Source: Nemertoderma westbladi
Taxonomy: Eukaryota > Animalia > Xenacoelomorpha
Assembly: GCA_032718475.1 (NCBI GenBank)
Contig: JAUCBJ010002030.1
Coordinates: 1 to 64,000 of the forward strand
DNA length: 64,000 nt
Direction of reading: 5' to 3'
A program made the position numbers and the translations under genes. A model generated the notes under the pieces. That model had not been told where the DNA came from, made no database searches, and saw only the letters and a list, made by a program, of their open reading frames with translations. Position 1 is the stretch's first letter. Each line of letters opens with the position of its first letter. Below are positions 1-13,088 of this stretch, piece by piece.

Positions 1-592
1 AAATATAAGATAATGATAATGAAATGAAATGAAATGCTGTAGGGGCCTACTGTATTATACTAAACTACAACTACAGTACCGGTCCGGTACCAATCAGCCA
101 ATTACAACAATTTATTAAGTCTGTAAGTTAAGCAGGCCTACTGCCTACTAAAATAACTTTTTTTCATCTTTTCAGCTTTTCTTCTTTTAGTACTGTAGTA
201 GGCCTTGAAGTTAAGTTAATTAGCCAGGCAACAGCTAATGTACCGTACTGTACATACATACTGTACTGTCTGTACAGTCTGACAGTACACCACCGTATAT
301 ATAACCTGTAACAGTCTGGCCTGTCTGACAGTATGCAGTAAGTTGATAGCTGACTGAAGTTTAAAACGAAAGTACTCTGTACTGTACAATAGTAATAAAC
401 TATGGTGGACCAGAAGGGCCAATTTGTTTTTTTTAGTTTCATAGAATTAAAAAAAATACGAATAAACGAATTGGCCCTTCAAATTCGTTTTTTCGTTTTT
501 ATTTTTTACAATCCCTGAATTAAAAAAAACGAATAAACGAATTGGAAAAAAATAAAAAAAAAACAAAATGTTTTGTAAAAATTTGTTTAATT

Positions 593-1357
593 TACGGTGG
601 TGATTTGCGGCCTTTTCCCTTTTACCTTAATTAAATAATTTTACTCTTTACCTTACAAATAATTTTACTCTTTACCTTCCAAATAATTTTACTCTTTACC
701 TTCCAAATAATTTTACTCTTTACCTTCCAAATAATTTTACTCTTTACCTTCCAAATAATTTTACTCTTTACCTTTTTCAATAATTTTACTCTTTTCATCA
801 AGCAGACTTGGCCTTAACTGTTGCGAATCGAATCTGGCTTGCTAGTGAAAGCTGGTAAACCAGATATCTTATTCTTGGATAAGCCGAATTTCCTACACCC
901 GGAACACATTGATCAGCTTGATCCTATGAAGTACTTCTCCAAGAAGAAGCCACACTGCCTCCCGAGCATCAGTGAGTTGGGTACTTTATTACTTGTTGTA
1001 ACTTGTTGGGTACTTTAGGTACTTATTTATTTAACACTGTTTCAGTTCCGTTCAATAACGGGTAGGGTACAGTACAATATAGGCTAGATGAATACCAGTA
1101 CTTAACCCCTAACGGTTCAATTTATTACAGTTAAGGCCAAGTCTGCTTGTTGAAAAGTGTCAAATTATTGGAAAAGGTAAAGAGTAAAATTATTGAAAAA
1201 GGTAAAGAGTAAAATTATTGAAAAAGGTAAAGAGTAAAATTATTTGGAAGGTAAAGAGTAAAATTATTTGGAAGGTAAAGAGTAAAATTATCTGGAAGGT
1301 AAAGAGTAAAATTATTTAATTAAGGTAAAAGGGAAAAGGCCGCAAATCACCACCGTA
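593..1357. mobile_element. Foldback MITE (IS3EU-like) nested in the 401-2063 element
   Basis: TIR tacggtggtgatttgcggcc / ggccgcaaatcaccaccgta; exact 6-bp TSD TTAATT (587-592, 1358-1363); arms of about 230 bp built from 24-bp tandem units aaataattttactctttaccttcc. Confidence 0.85.
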
Positions 1358-1472
1358 TTAATTAGTTTATTTTTTTCTAACCTGGAAAAAAATAAACCAA
1401 AAACCAATTCTTAATAGTCGCTATTTTGATTAGACGTGATATTGACTCTCTCTGTCTGTCCGGTAGTACAGT

Positions 1473-1673
1473 ATGTCTGATCATGATCAAGCGGATGAAC
1501 TTATTATTTACTATTTTAATTTGCGGATTTCTGCGAGGGAAACCCAAGTAATATTATCTCGAACGCATAATATTTCGATATCTGAAAGAACGGTGAAACG
1601 ATACCGTCAAAAACTACAGTTAAAATCAAAGTTAAAGTCAGTTAAGTGTCGAAACGCCTGTGAATGGTTGTAG
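1473..1673 (+). pseudogene. Remnant N-terminal HTH region of an IS3EU-type transposase
   Basis: LIIYYFNLRISARETQVILSRTHNISISERTVKRYRQKLQL resembles the 'YF..G.S..EI...L...H.I.IS.RTLKR..' N-terminus of such transposases. It lies inside the TAYGG element; no catalytic domain follows. Confidence 0.45.
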
Positions 1674-2244
1674 TGTTGATTGTGCGAACTTTGGAAAGGT
1701 GTAATTCAAACAAGGTACAGTAGTACTACAATAATACACCCCGGGTCCGGTAATTAAACTAATTAAACTCTTTATTAATTAAACTCTTAAATTTATAAAC
1801 TCATTCATGTCATGCATTACTTTATATAAAGTGGGTGTCTTTATGCGATTGTTGAGAATGCTTTATGATACGGGTGATAACGCGTATCCCACAACTACAT
1901 AAGTAATCCCCGTGCCCATGCCCAAGTGGATACAGCGCCTGAAATAAATAATAAAAGTAAAATAAATAAACGAAAAAACGAATTTGAAGGGCCAATTAAT
2001 ATATTCGTTTTTTTTAATTCTGTGAAATTAAAAAAAACGAATTGGCCCTTCTGGTCCACCATAAATAACAGTAGGAGTAGACCTATATATACATAATACA
2101 TTGTTGTATTGTATAGGTGATATGGTTGAACCATAAAATACTGTGGCAGTAAATTTATAGGCCTACCAACCATTGTCGTGTTAAAGTGGCTATTATTATT
2201 ATTATTACACGTTATGTATTAAATATACAGTACTTTAATCGGAA

Positions 2245-2362
2245 ACTTATAATGTGACGTCAAGATATTGCGGACCCCCTCCCTCCCCCTCGTCACAAAT
2301 CGTCACGAAATATCCAACCCCCCCCCCCCTGTCCAGCGTGACGTTATTTATGGATGGCCCCT
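2245..2362. mobile_element. One end of a PIF/Harbinger-like MITE
   Basis: Ends in gtgacgttatttatggatggcccct with C-runs and gtcac/gtgac sub-repeats. The partner TIR was not found. Confidence 0.35.
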
Positions 2363-2535
2363 ACGGGTTCTTACTACTATAACTACAACATAATTCCCAA
2401 TTTTACATGTTTTCTATATTCCGCTAGTTATTTGTTATCATTTAAGTTATTTTATGTATCAAATCAAGTCCAAATTATATTAATCGATGTTTATTCTTGT
2501 CTGCCTTTCGTACTGAAATCTTGTTTTTTTGTCGG

Positions 2536-2760
2536 CCCATGTGAAGAATTCCAGGTTTTCACCAAAAACACAGGTTACAGGAGGTTTGAATTTAACCAAA
2601 ACAATAAAATAAACGAATTAGTATTGTACAGATTATAAGACAGAAATAAGCGCTATAAAACACTTAATAAAGATAAATTTAAAAAGATAAATAATCTTCT
2701 TATATAAAATTCCAATAAAAAGTCGACCGAAAAGTGAAATTCTGTTATTCTTCACATGAG
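2536..2760 (+). mobile_element. Short MITE (CCCATGTGAA termini), copy 1
   Basis: cccatgtgaagaat...attcttcacatgag; internally similar to 14547-14789. Confidence 0.65.
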
Positions 2761-4720
2761 CGTTTTGTCAGTCTTCAATGTAGTTTTTGTTTTTAAGTAC
2801 CTACAGTAATTACTAATCAGCTTCCACGATTAAACATAATAAATATAGGCCTACTGTACTTTTAAATACGCAAATAGCTACGTAATACTCTCAAAAAATA
2901 AACTTATTCTAAACTTATTTCGCTTGTTGTTTTGTACAGTCTGACTTTAGACTGATCTACACTGTAACCTTATCATTTTCTTAATTAATAATTAACATTG
3001 TTCAAGGATTCCAAATATGAAAAGCGGGTAAATATTACTACTTTTCATCAGAATTTCGTTGATAACCAGCTGACATATACTGTACATATATGCGTAAAGA
3101 TTACAAGAAATATCGTTCGCTGAGAGGCCATTTATTCAATGTAATAAATAATACACAGCATTTATAAATACGCAATATTCTAGACACACAACCTGAAAAT
3201 TCAAAAGAAATAAGTCATCTTGTGTGTTTTTATCCACTGAATAATACAGTGAATACTGTAGGCGTTCCATTAAATTCACCTGAAAATTCTGTATTAAGTA
3301 AACTTAAAAATAGAAAACGTCCAAATTTTACCCTTCTCGGTGTCAAATTTTAAATGAAAATTGTAATTTGTTTTCTTCATCGTCGGTTTTAACCTCCCCC
3401 CCCCCCCCCCCGCACCCCCCAACCCTTTAATAACGGAGTTGAAGTTACTAACTCATTCTTGCGGAAGGTCTAATTCATAATATTTTACTTCAATATTAAA
3501 TCAATCAATCATTATTTACAGTAAGTGTGCCCGCAATTATTATTAACTTTAATCTTAATTTTAATTGTGCTAAATAATAAACAAAAATATAACAATAATA
3601 CATACAATAATAAACTTTGTGTTTAGTAGAATTTAGTAGTAGAGTTTAGTAATGGATCAGTTGTGAATAGTTTAGTGTTTTTATATAAACCATAAAGGTT
3701 TAGTCGTTTCAATCGGCAGCTGCAATGCAGGAATGCAGCATGCCGATAGTACAGTAGTACTGTAGGCCTAGTATTATTGACCACATTTAATGTTTTTTGT
3801 TTCTGAGATCAAAGATTTTGGAAATGAGGAACCTGCTTGTACGGAATAAAAGCAAATAAACGGTAGGATATTTAATGTTTAGAAAAGACAGTCCCCTGGC
3901 GACCGACAGACGAACTAGTATAGTCTGTCTGTATTTAAACTTTCTAAACTTTTTTCAAAGTTCAGTCCTACTACTAACCTACAGTACTATGTTTTTGTTT
4001 AAGAAAGTGGAGAGTTCCTGAGAATAGCTCTCAAAAATTAGACCGATGGACATACCACAGGTTGAGATAGTGGTACCCAATACCCAACCTCGCCTGCTTT
4101 CGTATCTCGCTCCACAATGTTGTACGATATAATTTATATAATTTTATTCAAAATTTAAAAAATGTAGGCCATACTAGTAATAAAAAAATCAAATTTATCT
4201 TTTTCCCAAAAAATATTCATATAATTTTAAACAAAAAATTGACGTTACAATTTCTGAAATAATATGTGCGGCAAAAATGTTGACCCTCTCCAAACGACAC
4301 TTTATTTGTCTAGACGTATCTATCGTTTCCGATGTCAATTTAGATGCGCGACAGCTTGAATTAACCTCATATTATTGGAATTGAAACACAGCAGCCCACA
4401 GCTTAGTCGGTACCATAATAATATCCGTCTTAAAATAGCGAGTCACATCTGGCTGATTTATTGCTTAGCATCGAAGAAAATGATTATTAATTCCAGGAGA
4501 CGAGATTAGGTTTTAATTTATAGACAGTACCACAGATGGGGGGGGGGGGGGGGGGGCAATCACAATTCATACCTCTCCAGGGAGAACAGCTCATTATTAT
4601 TCTAAAAAATAAAACTGTAACCTGCTCTATTGACCATGACCTACTATACTGTACAGTAGATACGACCCTCCAAGCTGCTGCTAAGCCCCAAAATGTAGTG
4701 GGCCAGTTATTTCTCTTATA

Positions 4721-6793
4721 CAGTCGGGGTCTCAAAGTGCATCTCTTCTTTGAGATTTTCTCAAAGAATTAAAAGTGTCTCAAATTTCTAAAAGTGGTCC
4801 ATGAAAATGACAAAGTGTCCTCAAAGATATCAAAGTAGTACTGTCAGTCATTTCATACAGTCCTGCCTGAAGCTGGCTATGGTATGGGGTATATTGACTT
4901 TGACTACTAAAGGGTAAAATATAAGTAATAAAAACCTCTATGAAACAATAAAGATGCCTCCAAAAAATACTGCAGTAATAAATATTTGTTACTGAAAGTA
5001 AGAATTAATTATTACTGCAGTAATAAAAATTGTCTTTTTCTGCAGTAACAAATAATTTGTTACTGCAGTAGAAATTTGTATTCAATTATTTATTAATATT
5101 GATTACTGCAGTATAAATTTTTATTCAATTATTTATTAATTTATTAATATTGATTATTGCAGTAATAAATATTTGTTACTGCAGTAATAAATATTTGTTA
5201 CTGCAGTAATAAATATTTGTTACTGCAGTAATAAATATTTGCTACTGCAGTAATTGTTATATGTTACTGTCGCAGTAATTGTTATATGTTACTGCAGTAA
5301 CTAATATTTAATATAGCAGTATTTTTTGTAGGAATTTTTATTGTTTCATAGAGGATTTTATTAATTTATATTTGGGCTCTTTAGAGACGCCGTAATTGCG
5401 GGCTATCGGAATGTGGTGGTATTTGTGTCATAGACAGTTTGTCTGTTGCCCTATCTATATTAATGTATAGTGCTAAAACTGTACTGTTTAAATTTGTTTA
5501 GCCCACGTGAACGCCGAATACCTTTACCAATGCATTTCAATGGTCAACCAGCGAACCAGCCATACTTTGCCGCACTGTAAATTGTGTTATACAAAGTAAA
5601 GAATAACGATAGAGGCAGGAATAAAGATAAATGATTCAAGCGCAATAATTGGCTGTTCCCATAGATGTTTTAGGCATTGTTGGTGCGCAATGCATATTAT
5701 CAGAGCGACCGCCCAGTCTGCCAAAATCTATTATGTAATCAAATGGTACCACAAGCCAAGCAAAGCATGTGACAGTTCTTTCCGACTCTGCACCTGTTTG
5801 TTTGAAGGTCGCCGACCGTGGGTCGCTACTCACTAGCTGTGATTGATAGTTTAAACTGGGTGCCGCTTTGCCAGAAGGCGGTACACATCAATTGAATATG
5901 AGGCAAACATTTAAAATATGCTCAAATATAAACGCCAGCGGCAGGGGATATTTTAATATCTCTATTAAGCTAAAACAACACAAGATTGTAGCCGTTCTAT
6001 CGTACTTGAAAGTCGAAAGCCTTTCTTAGTTTTTAAGAAGGAATTCTCGCGCTCTCGTCAACATAGTTATCATATTAATTAAACAGTAAAGGTAGTACGG
6101 TTTGACCTGAGGTGACTAATGAAATGAATAACAAATGTTATTACAAGCTTTCTCCCAACAGGGCTTCTTTAGGTCATTATAATGAAACTGCGTATACACA
6201 GAGAAACTACAGAGAAGTTTCTCTTATATTAATTGTTAATCTGATATTGTATTATGTTATTAAAATAATCAATCTTGTCAAGCATTAATCTTGTTTCACA
6301 AATTATGTTTCATGTATTATTTGAATGAATGTTTTTTAGAAAGACTTTAGGGTGCCGTAAATTCAATTTGTACTTGCGACCGAAAACCCACCCTGTAATG
6401 ACCTCAGGAACCTCAATTTGATAAATTAATGGGAATATAGCTTCTATGCAACAACTGGCCAACACACAAGTATCTCTTTGTTGCCCGCATAATATTGTTC
6501 CCCGAGAATGCCTCTGCCTCTCAGTTAACTTACCACGAGCTGTCAATCAGGAATACCTCGGAGTTTATTTTCTCAAAGAATTAAAAGTGCCGCAAACTAC
6601 CTCAAAGTGACATTTCTCAAAGAATTCAAAGAATTCAAAGTGCCTAAAAGCAGGAAATCACTTTGAGATTCCCAACTAAAAGTGTCTACAAGAATTCAAA
6701 GCGGCCGTTGGGAGTAATGTAATGACTTTTAGACACTTTTAGAAAAACTTTGAGAAAATCTCAAAGAACAGATGCACTTTGAGACCCCGACTG
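4721..6793. mobile_element. Tc1/mariner/pogo-type non-autonomous element
   Basis: TA + cagtcggggtctcaaagtgcatct ... agatgcactttgagaccccgactg + TA. There is a weak CENP-B/pogo-like remnant (GWVFGRKYKLNLRHPK) on the minus strand near 6350-6395. Confidence 0.8.
4878..5394. mobile_element. Foldback MITE (TAYGG...CCGTA type) with internal 22-bp repeats
   Basis: Imperfect inverted arms (cctctatgaaacaataaa / tttattgtttcatagagg), right end cgccgta, core of tactgcagtaataaatatttgt tandem units. The left end is degenerate. Confidence 0.6.
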
Positions 6794-9642
6794 TATACTG
6801 TAGAACCTCTGAAACAATAGGTCTAGCGCGTCCAATGTACTTGTCCTTAACTGAAATTATGTCCTCTTTCAGATGAAACAAATAAAAATTTAATAGCTCC
6901 AGTAGTTTTCGAGATATGAGGAGTTCCTGGCACCCATACCATTTCAGTACTTTTCGGAATTGATAAAATTACTAAAAATACAACACCCTCCAAGACTTTG
7001 GTATAACCATTAAACCATATTAGGCCTTTTTGGTGAGTTGAATTAATTAGTAGTAATCGAAAGCGAACTTAGAATAAGATCTTCATTGTTTATTTTATAA
7101 TAGACACTAAAAGAGCACCAAAATTACAAGTAGCTCGAAATTTTCAAATAGCCAAAAGTGGTAATTTGGCCTTATAGTTTCGCTACTGAGGTTTTATAAT
7201 GTGCGGATTTCATTGGCAAGGTTTATAAAATTGTGGTATTTTCAAAAATGGCCAATGTTTCAGTCGAAAATTATAAGTGCCAACCAGTGCACTTCTATTT
7301 CAGTACTGCAGTACTCTGGTACTGGTGCGGTAATGTAGTGAATTATTCAGTTATGTGGTATTTGCATTGCCCTGCATTACATTACTGCTGATAGTGCTGA
7401 CTGAATTATGCTGTTACTGTGTTATGCATCAATGCCTTATCATTATTACATTACCTGATTACCTGTATTTATTTGACTATTTATTATCACCTCTCTCTAC
7501 ACGGGCTGGCAGCCACGGGGAGCCAGTAAAAAGAATATACAGTACCGTCCATCGTCTATCGAAATTCGTGAAGGAGAGTAAAATTAGTTCTTTAACTGTT
7601 GTATAGATGAAGCTACTGCTTGACTTGGGGTTGGAGGGTCCGGTTATTCTTAAAGAATCATCATCTTTAGAAATCGTTATCAATCTTTAGAAATTTTTTA
7701 GATCTTGGCTCAAAAATTACAATTTTGATGGTATAAGGGATTTCGAGGACGCTGATCACGATAAAACATGTCAAACTTTCTGGCAAATTTTAATTTTCTG
7801 GCATTGCATCAATCATTTTTGGTGCTATTTTCTGATTTTTTGCCCCCCAGGACGAAAAGTACAAGTAAAAAATTGTCAAACTAGACATTTTGTGTTTGGT
7901 TTGGTAATTCTGAAACTATACTGGTTTTCAACGTCGCTAATCACGATACAACTCGTTAAAAATAATTCATGGTAACGCAACTATCGTTTTTCGTGTTTGT
8001 CTGGTGGGACGAAAAAGGCAAGTACTGTACATAAAAGTTCAAAGGGAAAAAATTTAATTTGGTTGGATGGATAATACGTTTTTTATGAGTGTCATATTCT
8101 TGTTCAGCATCCCAAAAAACCCCAAATGTTATTCGTGATCAGTATCCCAAAAACCCATATGGTCATAAAATCAAATTGATTTCGTGGTGATTTTTCATTA
8201 CCATATTTCCACTACTTTTTATTTTCGCGCTCCAGGGACACAAATAACTGACTAATAACTAATTAGGTATAACAACATGCCTATGTTGTTATATTACACA
8301 ACTCTTCGATATGTTTGATGTAGAGGAATAAACCTTCCCAATGAAATCAGCGCATTCTAAAACCTGTAGCCAAATTGTATGGCCAATTTACCACGTTTGA
8401 AAAAAGTGCTACTTTTACTTTTGGTGCTCTTTTAGTATCTGTTGATAAAAAAATGAAAATTTTTCTTCTAATCTTACTTTTGATTACTAATAATGAATTC
8501 AACAAACCAATAAAGCATAGTATGGATTCATGTTTATACCAAAGTCTTTGAAGGGTGATGTATTTTGTGTAATTTTATCAATTCCGAAAGGTTCCGATAT
8601 GGTACGGGTGCCAGGAACTCCTCATATCTCAATAACTACTGGAGCTATTAACTTTTTATTTGTTTCATCTGAAAGAGGATATAATTGTAGTTAGGGACAA
8701 GTACTTTCGATGCGCTAGACGTATTGTTTCAGGGGTTATATCTAAGAGAAATAACTGCCCCACTAAATTTAGGGGTTTTGCAGCAGCTTGGCGGGTCGTA
8801 TCTATAGTAGGTTATGTATTGACTTTCGTTTATTGTTTTGGTTAGAATAACATGGCACTGCAACCTGATCCTTTCCCTAAATTAATAATTTAACATGAGA
8901 GAAAATATTAATTTGCCGAGGTTGGATTTGCGTCCCCCCCCCCCTGTCTTCAGTATGCCAGAACTAATTGAAATTGATTTTCATCCAATTCGTATCGACA
9001 AAACAGCTACCGGTACTGTATATTGTGGAATTTTATTAATTTATTAATTAGGTCTAGTCCAAAAGAAGAATATGTTGCGAGAACCATAAGGCAACCTCGA
9101 AATGTATGCGATTTGTTTTAGCGCAAACTTCTCAAGCATGTACAGTAGCTTAACCAAAGTTGCCGCAACAAAAGTTGCTTGTATGCCGCAATATATTTCT
9201 GAAACAAGTAGCTCATGATAGGGCTGGCATATGAGCATTGTACAGTAGGCCTACCTTTATTTTGTGAGTGGTGTACCCATAATTCGAGATCGTGGTTTAC
9301 CGGGGTAGATAAATTATATTTTTATTACAGAACTGGATGCAATATGGAAAAATCATTGCAGAAAGATTCCATGCAATGTTTTTGGTACATTATGTTAACT
9401 TATCAGCGTCCTGGGTATAATCTCGTAACAGCAATGTAGGACACTAGGCATAGCTAATAATTAAATCAAGGAACACTAAACTTCTAGAACACCTCTTCTC
9501 CATTGGTGATAGCCATTTTAGGCCGACTGTAAGACTATTTAAGCTGTGGTTGTTGTCAATAATTAAGCATTCCGAGCGCTGTTAAGTTGACTTACTGTAC
9601 TGTAATGTAACAAAATTACGTATTCCATTGTGTGAAAAAGGG

Positions 9643-9840
9643 CCCTTGTGTATTTATGTAAACCTCCCTCGCTGCGCTCGCTCCGTACATAAATACACTA
9701 GAGTCATAACGCTGGAAAGTGGTGCTTTTCAAACAATGGTACATCGTTATGTAAAAAGCACCACTTTTCAGCGTTATTACTCTAGTGTATTTATGTACCG
9801 AGCGAGCGCAGCGAGGGAGGTTTACATAAATACACAAGGG
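9643..9840. repeat. About 200-bp near-perfect palindrome, probably a non-autonomous DNA element
   Basis: cccttgtgtatttatgtaaacctccctcgctgcgctcg ... cgagcgcagcgagggaggtttacataaatacacaaggg. This explains the mirror-image ORFs 9616-9918 and 9628-9864. Confidence 0.85.
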
Positions 9841-10900
9841 TCTACAGTAGTTATTCATTCTTAAACTGCGGAAAGTTAAAATGAAATTATTTATCGATTT
9901 CCTTTTAATACAGTTCATTTAATATTTAACAAAATGTAATAATAATTTTTAATCCTATAAGCGAGCATTAGTGAACAAGTACTGTAGATGGCCATTCAAC
10001 AACGATATTCTAACCATTCTACCATCTCTCCATTTGTAGTACATCTTCAACCAATAAGTCTACTTTATTGACCTCTTCAATGTATTTATTAACCCTACAG
10101 TACAGTGGTAGCTTATAGGCATAAAACATAACGCAGACCTCACTTTTACACCAATTTATGTAAAATGTTAGCAATTGATAGATTAAAAGCTAAGCGCAAA
10201 CTGCGAAAACTAGCGTAAAGCATTAATTATTTACTAATTTATTGCTGCGCAATAATATTTCACACTATTATAACCCTCCACCAAACAACAGAAATTTTTT
10301 TTATCAAAAGTAGGAACTAGTGTATGTAGTACGGGCAAGGGCAGATATTTTTTAACCTTTTATTTTCATATGTGAATTGCAATCACCATGTTTTATTCTG
10401 GAACAAATATTAGACTTTCTGGCAGATGATATGTCCAACTAGTTTTTTTTTTACAATATATAAATGTTGTGATTTTCATGTATTTATTAGATTAGGCCCC
10501 TTCATTATTATTTTAAATAATCAGACAATTTCCTTAACATCCATACTCACAACGTGTATTTTGACAGACATCCCGATATACTGTAGGCCTATTTTGTATG
10601 AATTCCTTAAAATAAAAATAAAGAAAACAATAGCTACTAAAGATTTACTAGCTACAATGCGCAATCATTGCACGGAGATTTAATTAAATGTTAAATGATA
10701 TTTTCAAAAATAATTTCTTTAGGCCCTAATAGTAAGCAATTATTCATTTGTGTTTTTATACATTTTTTTTTGTTTTTTTATTCTGAAATCTAGTTGGCTG
10801 ATATTAAGATATTGTTGTACAGTATTCCTAACTTCGTGTTTTTCTATGGTAGCTATTATTTTTTTAATATTTCTTTGCAACTAATAGGTTGTATTATGAG

Positions 10901-10934
10901 CAAGGCGTACTATATACGTATATAGTACGCCTTG
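10901..10934. mobile_element. 17+17-bp P-superfamily-like transposon footprint
   Basis: Perfect palindrome caaggcgtactatatac|gtatatagtacgccttg flanked by the 8-bp direct repeat ATTATGAG (10893-10900, 10935-10942). Confidence 0.7.
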
Positions 10935-11256
10935 ATTATGAGTGCCAAGAGATCTGCTAAAGTATTTTCTTGTGCATTTTCCTCCATGCAAGTGCCGAAT
11001 AATTATTCAGAATATAAACTATCATACAAGTTGTCGGAAGGTGAAATTCCCTATACGAGTGAAAAGTCTTATATATGAGCCATTCTCACATGAAAATAAA
11101 AGGTCAAATAGTGGGTAAACGTGCCATACAGTACCCAAAATGTTTCAATACTTAATAATAAATATTTTTGCTTACAAAATTAAACAATTTAAATGATTAC
11201 TTCCCTTCTAAGCTATAATAGTTAGTATCCCAAATAATGGGTATGAGTAAGTAGGA

Positions 11257-11523
11257 TTAATCTTTTGCCTTCTCTTCTGCTTTCTCTTCACTTTTACCTT
11301 CTTCTTTCTCTGCTTTATCGCCCTCCTTTACTTCAGCCTCATCGGGTTTCCCAGACTCGTCGCTGGCTGCTGGCTCTTTGTCTTTTTCCTCATTCGGTTT
11401 GGCTTCAATGTCAACAACCTGAAGTTTTTCGTTAATGTTCTCCACATTAGGATTCTCACCACTGGCCACTACGTCACCTTCACTTTGGGGGATTGTCTGT
11501 GCAGGAGTAGCTTCGTCACCCAT
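11257..11523 (-). CDS. Putative short acidic, Glu/Lys-rich intrinsically disordered protein (88 aa), or one exon of such a gene
   Basis: ATG-to-TAA ORF with a purine at -3 and G at +4; more GC-rich than its flanks; coherent composition with no aromatic or Cys residues. No family recognised. Confidence 0.55.
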   Translation of the reverse strand: MGDEATPAQTIPQSEGDVVASGENPNVENINEKLQVVDIEAKPNEEKDKEPAASDESGKPDEAEVKEGDKAEKEEGKSEEKAEEKAKD

Positions 11524-13088
11524 TTCTTTTTTATTTAATGTTAAAAAACAAAGTAATAAAGAATTACAAATTTAAGTATTTGGTAATTTGAAATCAAAAG
11601 TTAATTCTACAAAAAGATTTGTAAAGTGTGAAATAAAGCTTTTCGTTATCCGAGTTACAGTATTATAAGAAATATAGCCTACTGCACTATTCGAATTTCT
11701 ACAAACCTCAAAACCGTTGTACCAAAATGCATGATATGAATTTTATTATTTTAATACCTATTTGCATCAATTTTATTTTTTGTAAATTATTTGTTTCGAA
11801 TTAATAAATCATTCAGATACACAATAATAAATAAATTCAAAGATTAAATCAGTTCCATCCGCATCTTTAACTCTTTCGTAAGGCCTATTTACAAGTTTCA
11901 TCACCGCACACGTCTTCAGTTCACAGCACTAACTGCCTAACTCCCTAAAGGTGCGAGTAGGGCCCTCGGTAGGATCTACACTGATCCTAATGTATGATTT
12001 GTTTCGCGTTGATCACTAAAAGATACTACAATGTCTCTTTAAGGGCTCAGTAGCTTAAATGTATAGTGGAAAAAATATTGAAGACAGACCCAGATAAGTA
12101 TTATATAGAATATGTACGCCATCCACGGTGATGCCATGTGACTAAATATAATCAATGATCCTACAGTGGACACGCCTAAGAAGTTACTGCGTACTACCGT
12201 ACTAACTGTTCTTGTTCCTGTTTTTTTTTTCAATAATCAATATTATTTTAATTTCCTGACTTCCATCTGTGGTTCGTACTGTACGTACATGTCGTGAATA
12301 AATTGTAACGGCACGCTTTATGGCCTATGTCCATAATCGTTATTTTCTCTCCTCACAAAAGTGTAATAAAACAGCGATACGAATGTAGTCCTCACGAAAT
12401 CAAAATGTTAGCGCAATTTGCGTGCCCAAAGTAGGCTCAACTGTCTGTCTGTATATAGTATATAAGGTATTGTGGATCGCAAGAAAATTATTGAGCCAAG
12501 GATATAAATGTAATAAAGAATGTGGTGCATGAGTCATATAAAATACGATTGGGGAACGCTAACGTATTGGTTGGAACTACTGTGACAGCTGTCCGTAGTA
12601 CAAGCTGTTCGTGCGCTCCGTCTCCATGTGTACTGTACTGTATATAGCAAAAATTGTGGATCGATACGCTCTTGGGATATAGACTAAGACAATCTAATAA
12701 AACAAGTAAGGAGTTGGGCGACCAAGTCTTAACGTACTGTATGTATATGTAAGGAATTATGTTGTTTACCATGCATTCAACGTACCTAGGATGTTATGAT
12801 ATGCGAAATTCAAATAAGAATGTATATTTTCAGCAGGATGCCTATTATTACTCCGGTTGGATGTACTGTACTCTACCTACATGTACAACTGTAGCGTATT
12901 GTATGTATCATGTAGTTACTGTAGTTATTTTTACTGTATAATCACAATTGCAACTAGCGCATCCCTTTGCCGTAGTATTATATAATAATAGCAGATGCGA
13001 TCTAACTGTGTTGAAGAGTTTTGTTTGTGATGGAAGGTGACCCTATTCCGTGCGTGAAATAACAATAAATTAACAATAAAAATTGGAA

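Larger units (their letters stand above)
401..2063. mobile_element. Non-autonomous TIR DNA transposon, IS3EU-like (TAYGG...CCRTA termini)
   Basis: TIR tatggtggaccagaagggccaat (401) / attggcccttctggtccaccata (ends 2063), continuing imperfectly for about 90 bp. Flanking 6-mers ataaac/aataac are only a degenerate TSD. Confidence 0.7.
4637..8814. mobile_element. Long-TIR foldback DNA element with nested insertions (ends approximate)
   Basis: 4657-4718 is the reverse complement of 8743-8804. After the 4721-6793 insertion, 6800-7220 continues as an imperfect inverted copy of about 8340-8740. Confidence 0.7.
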
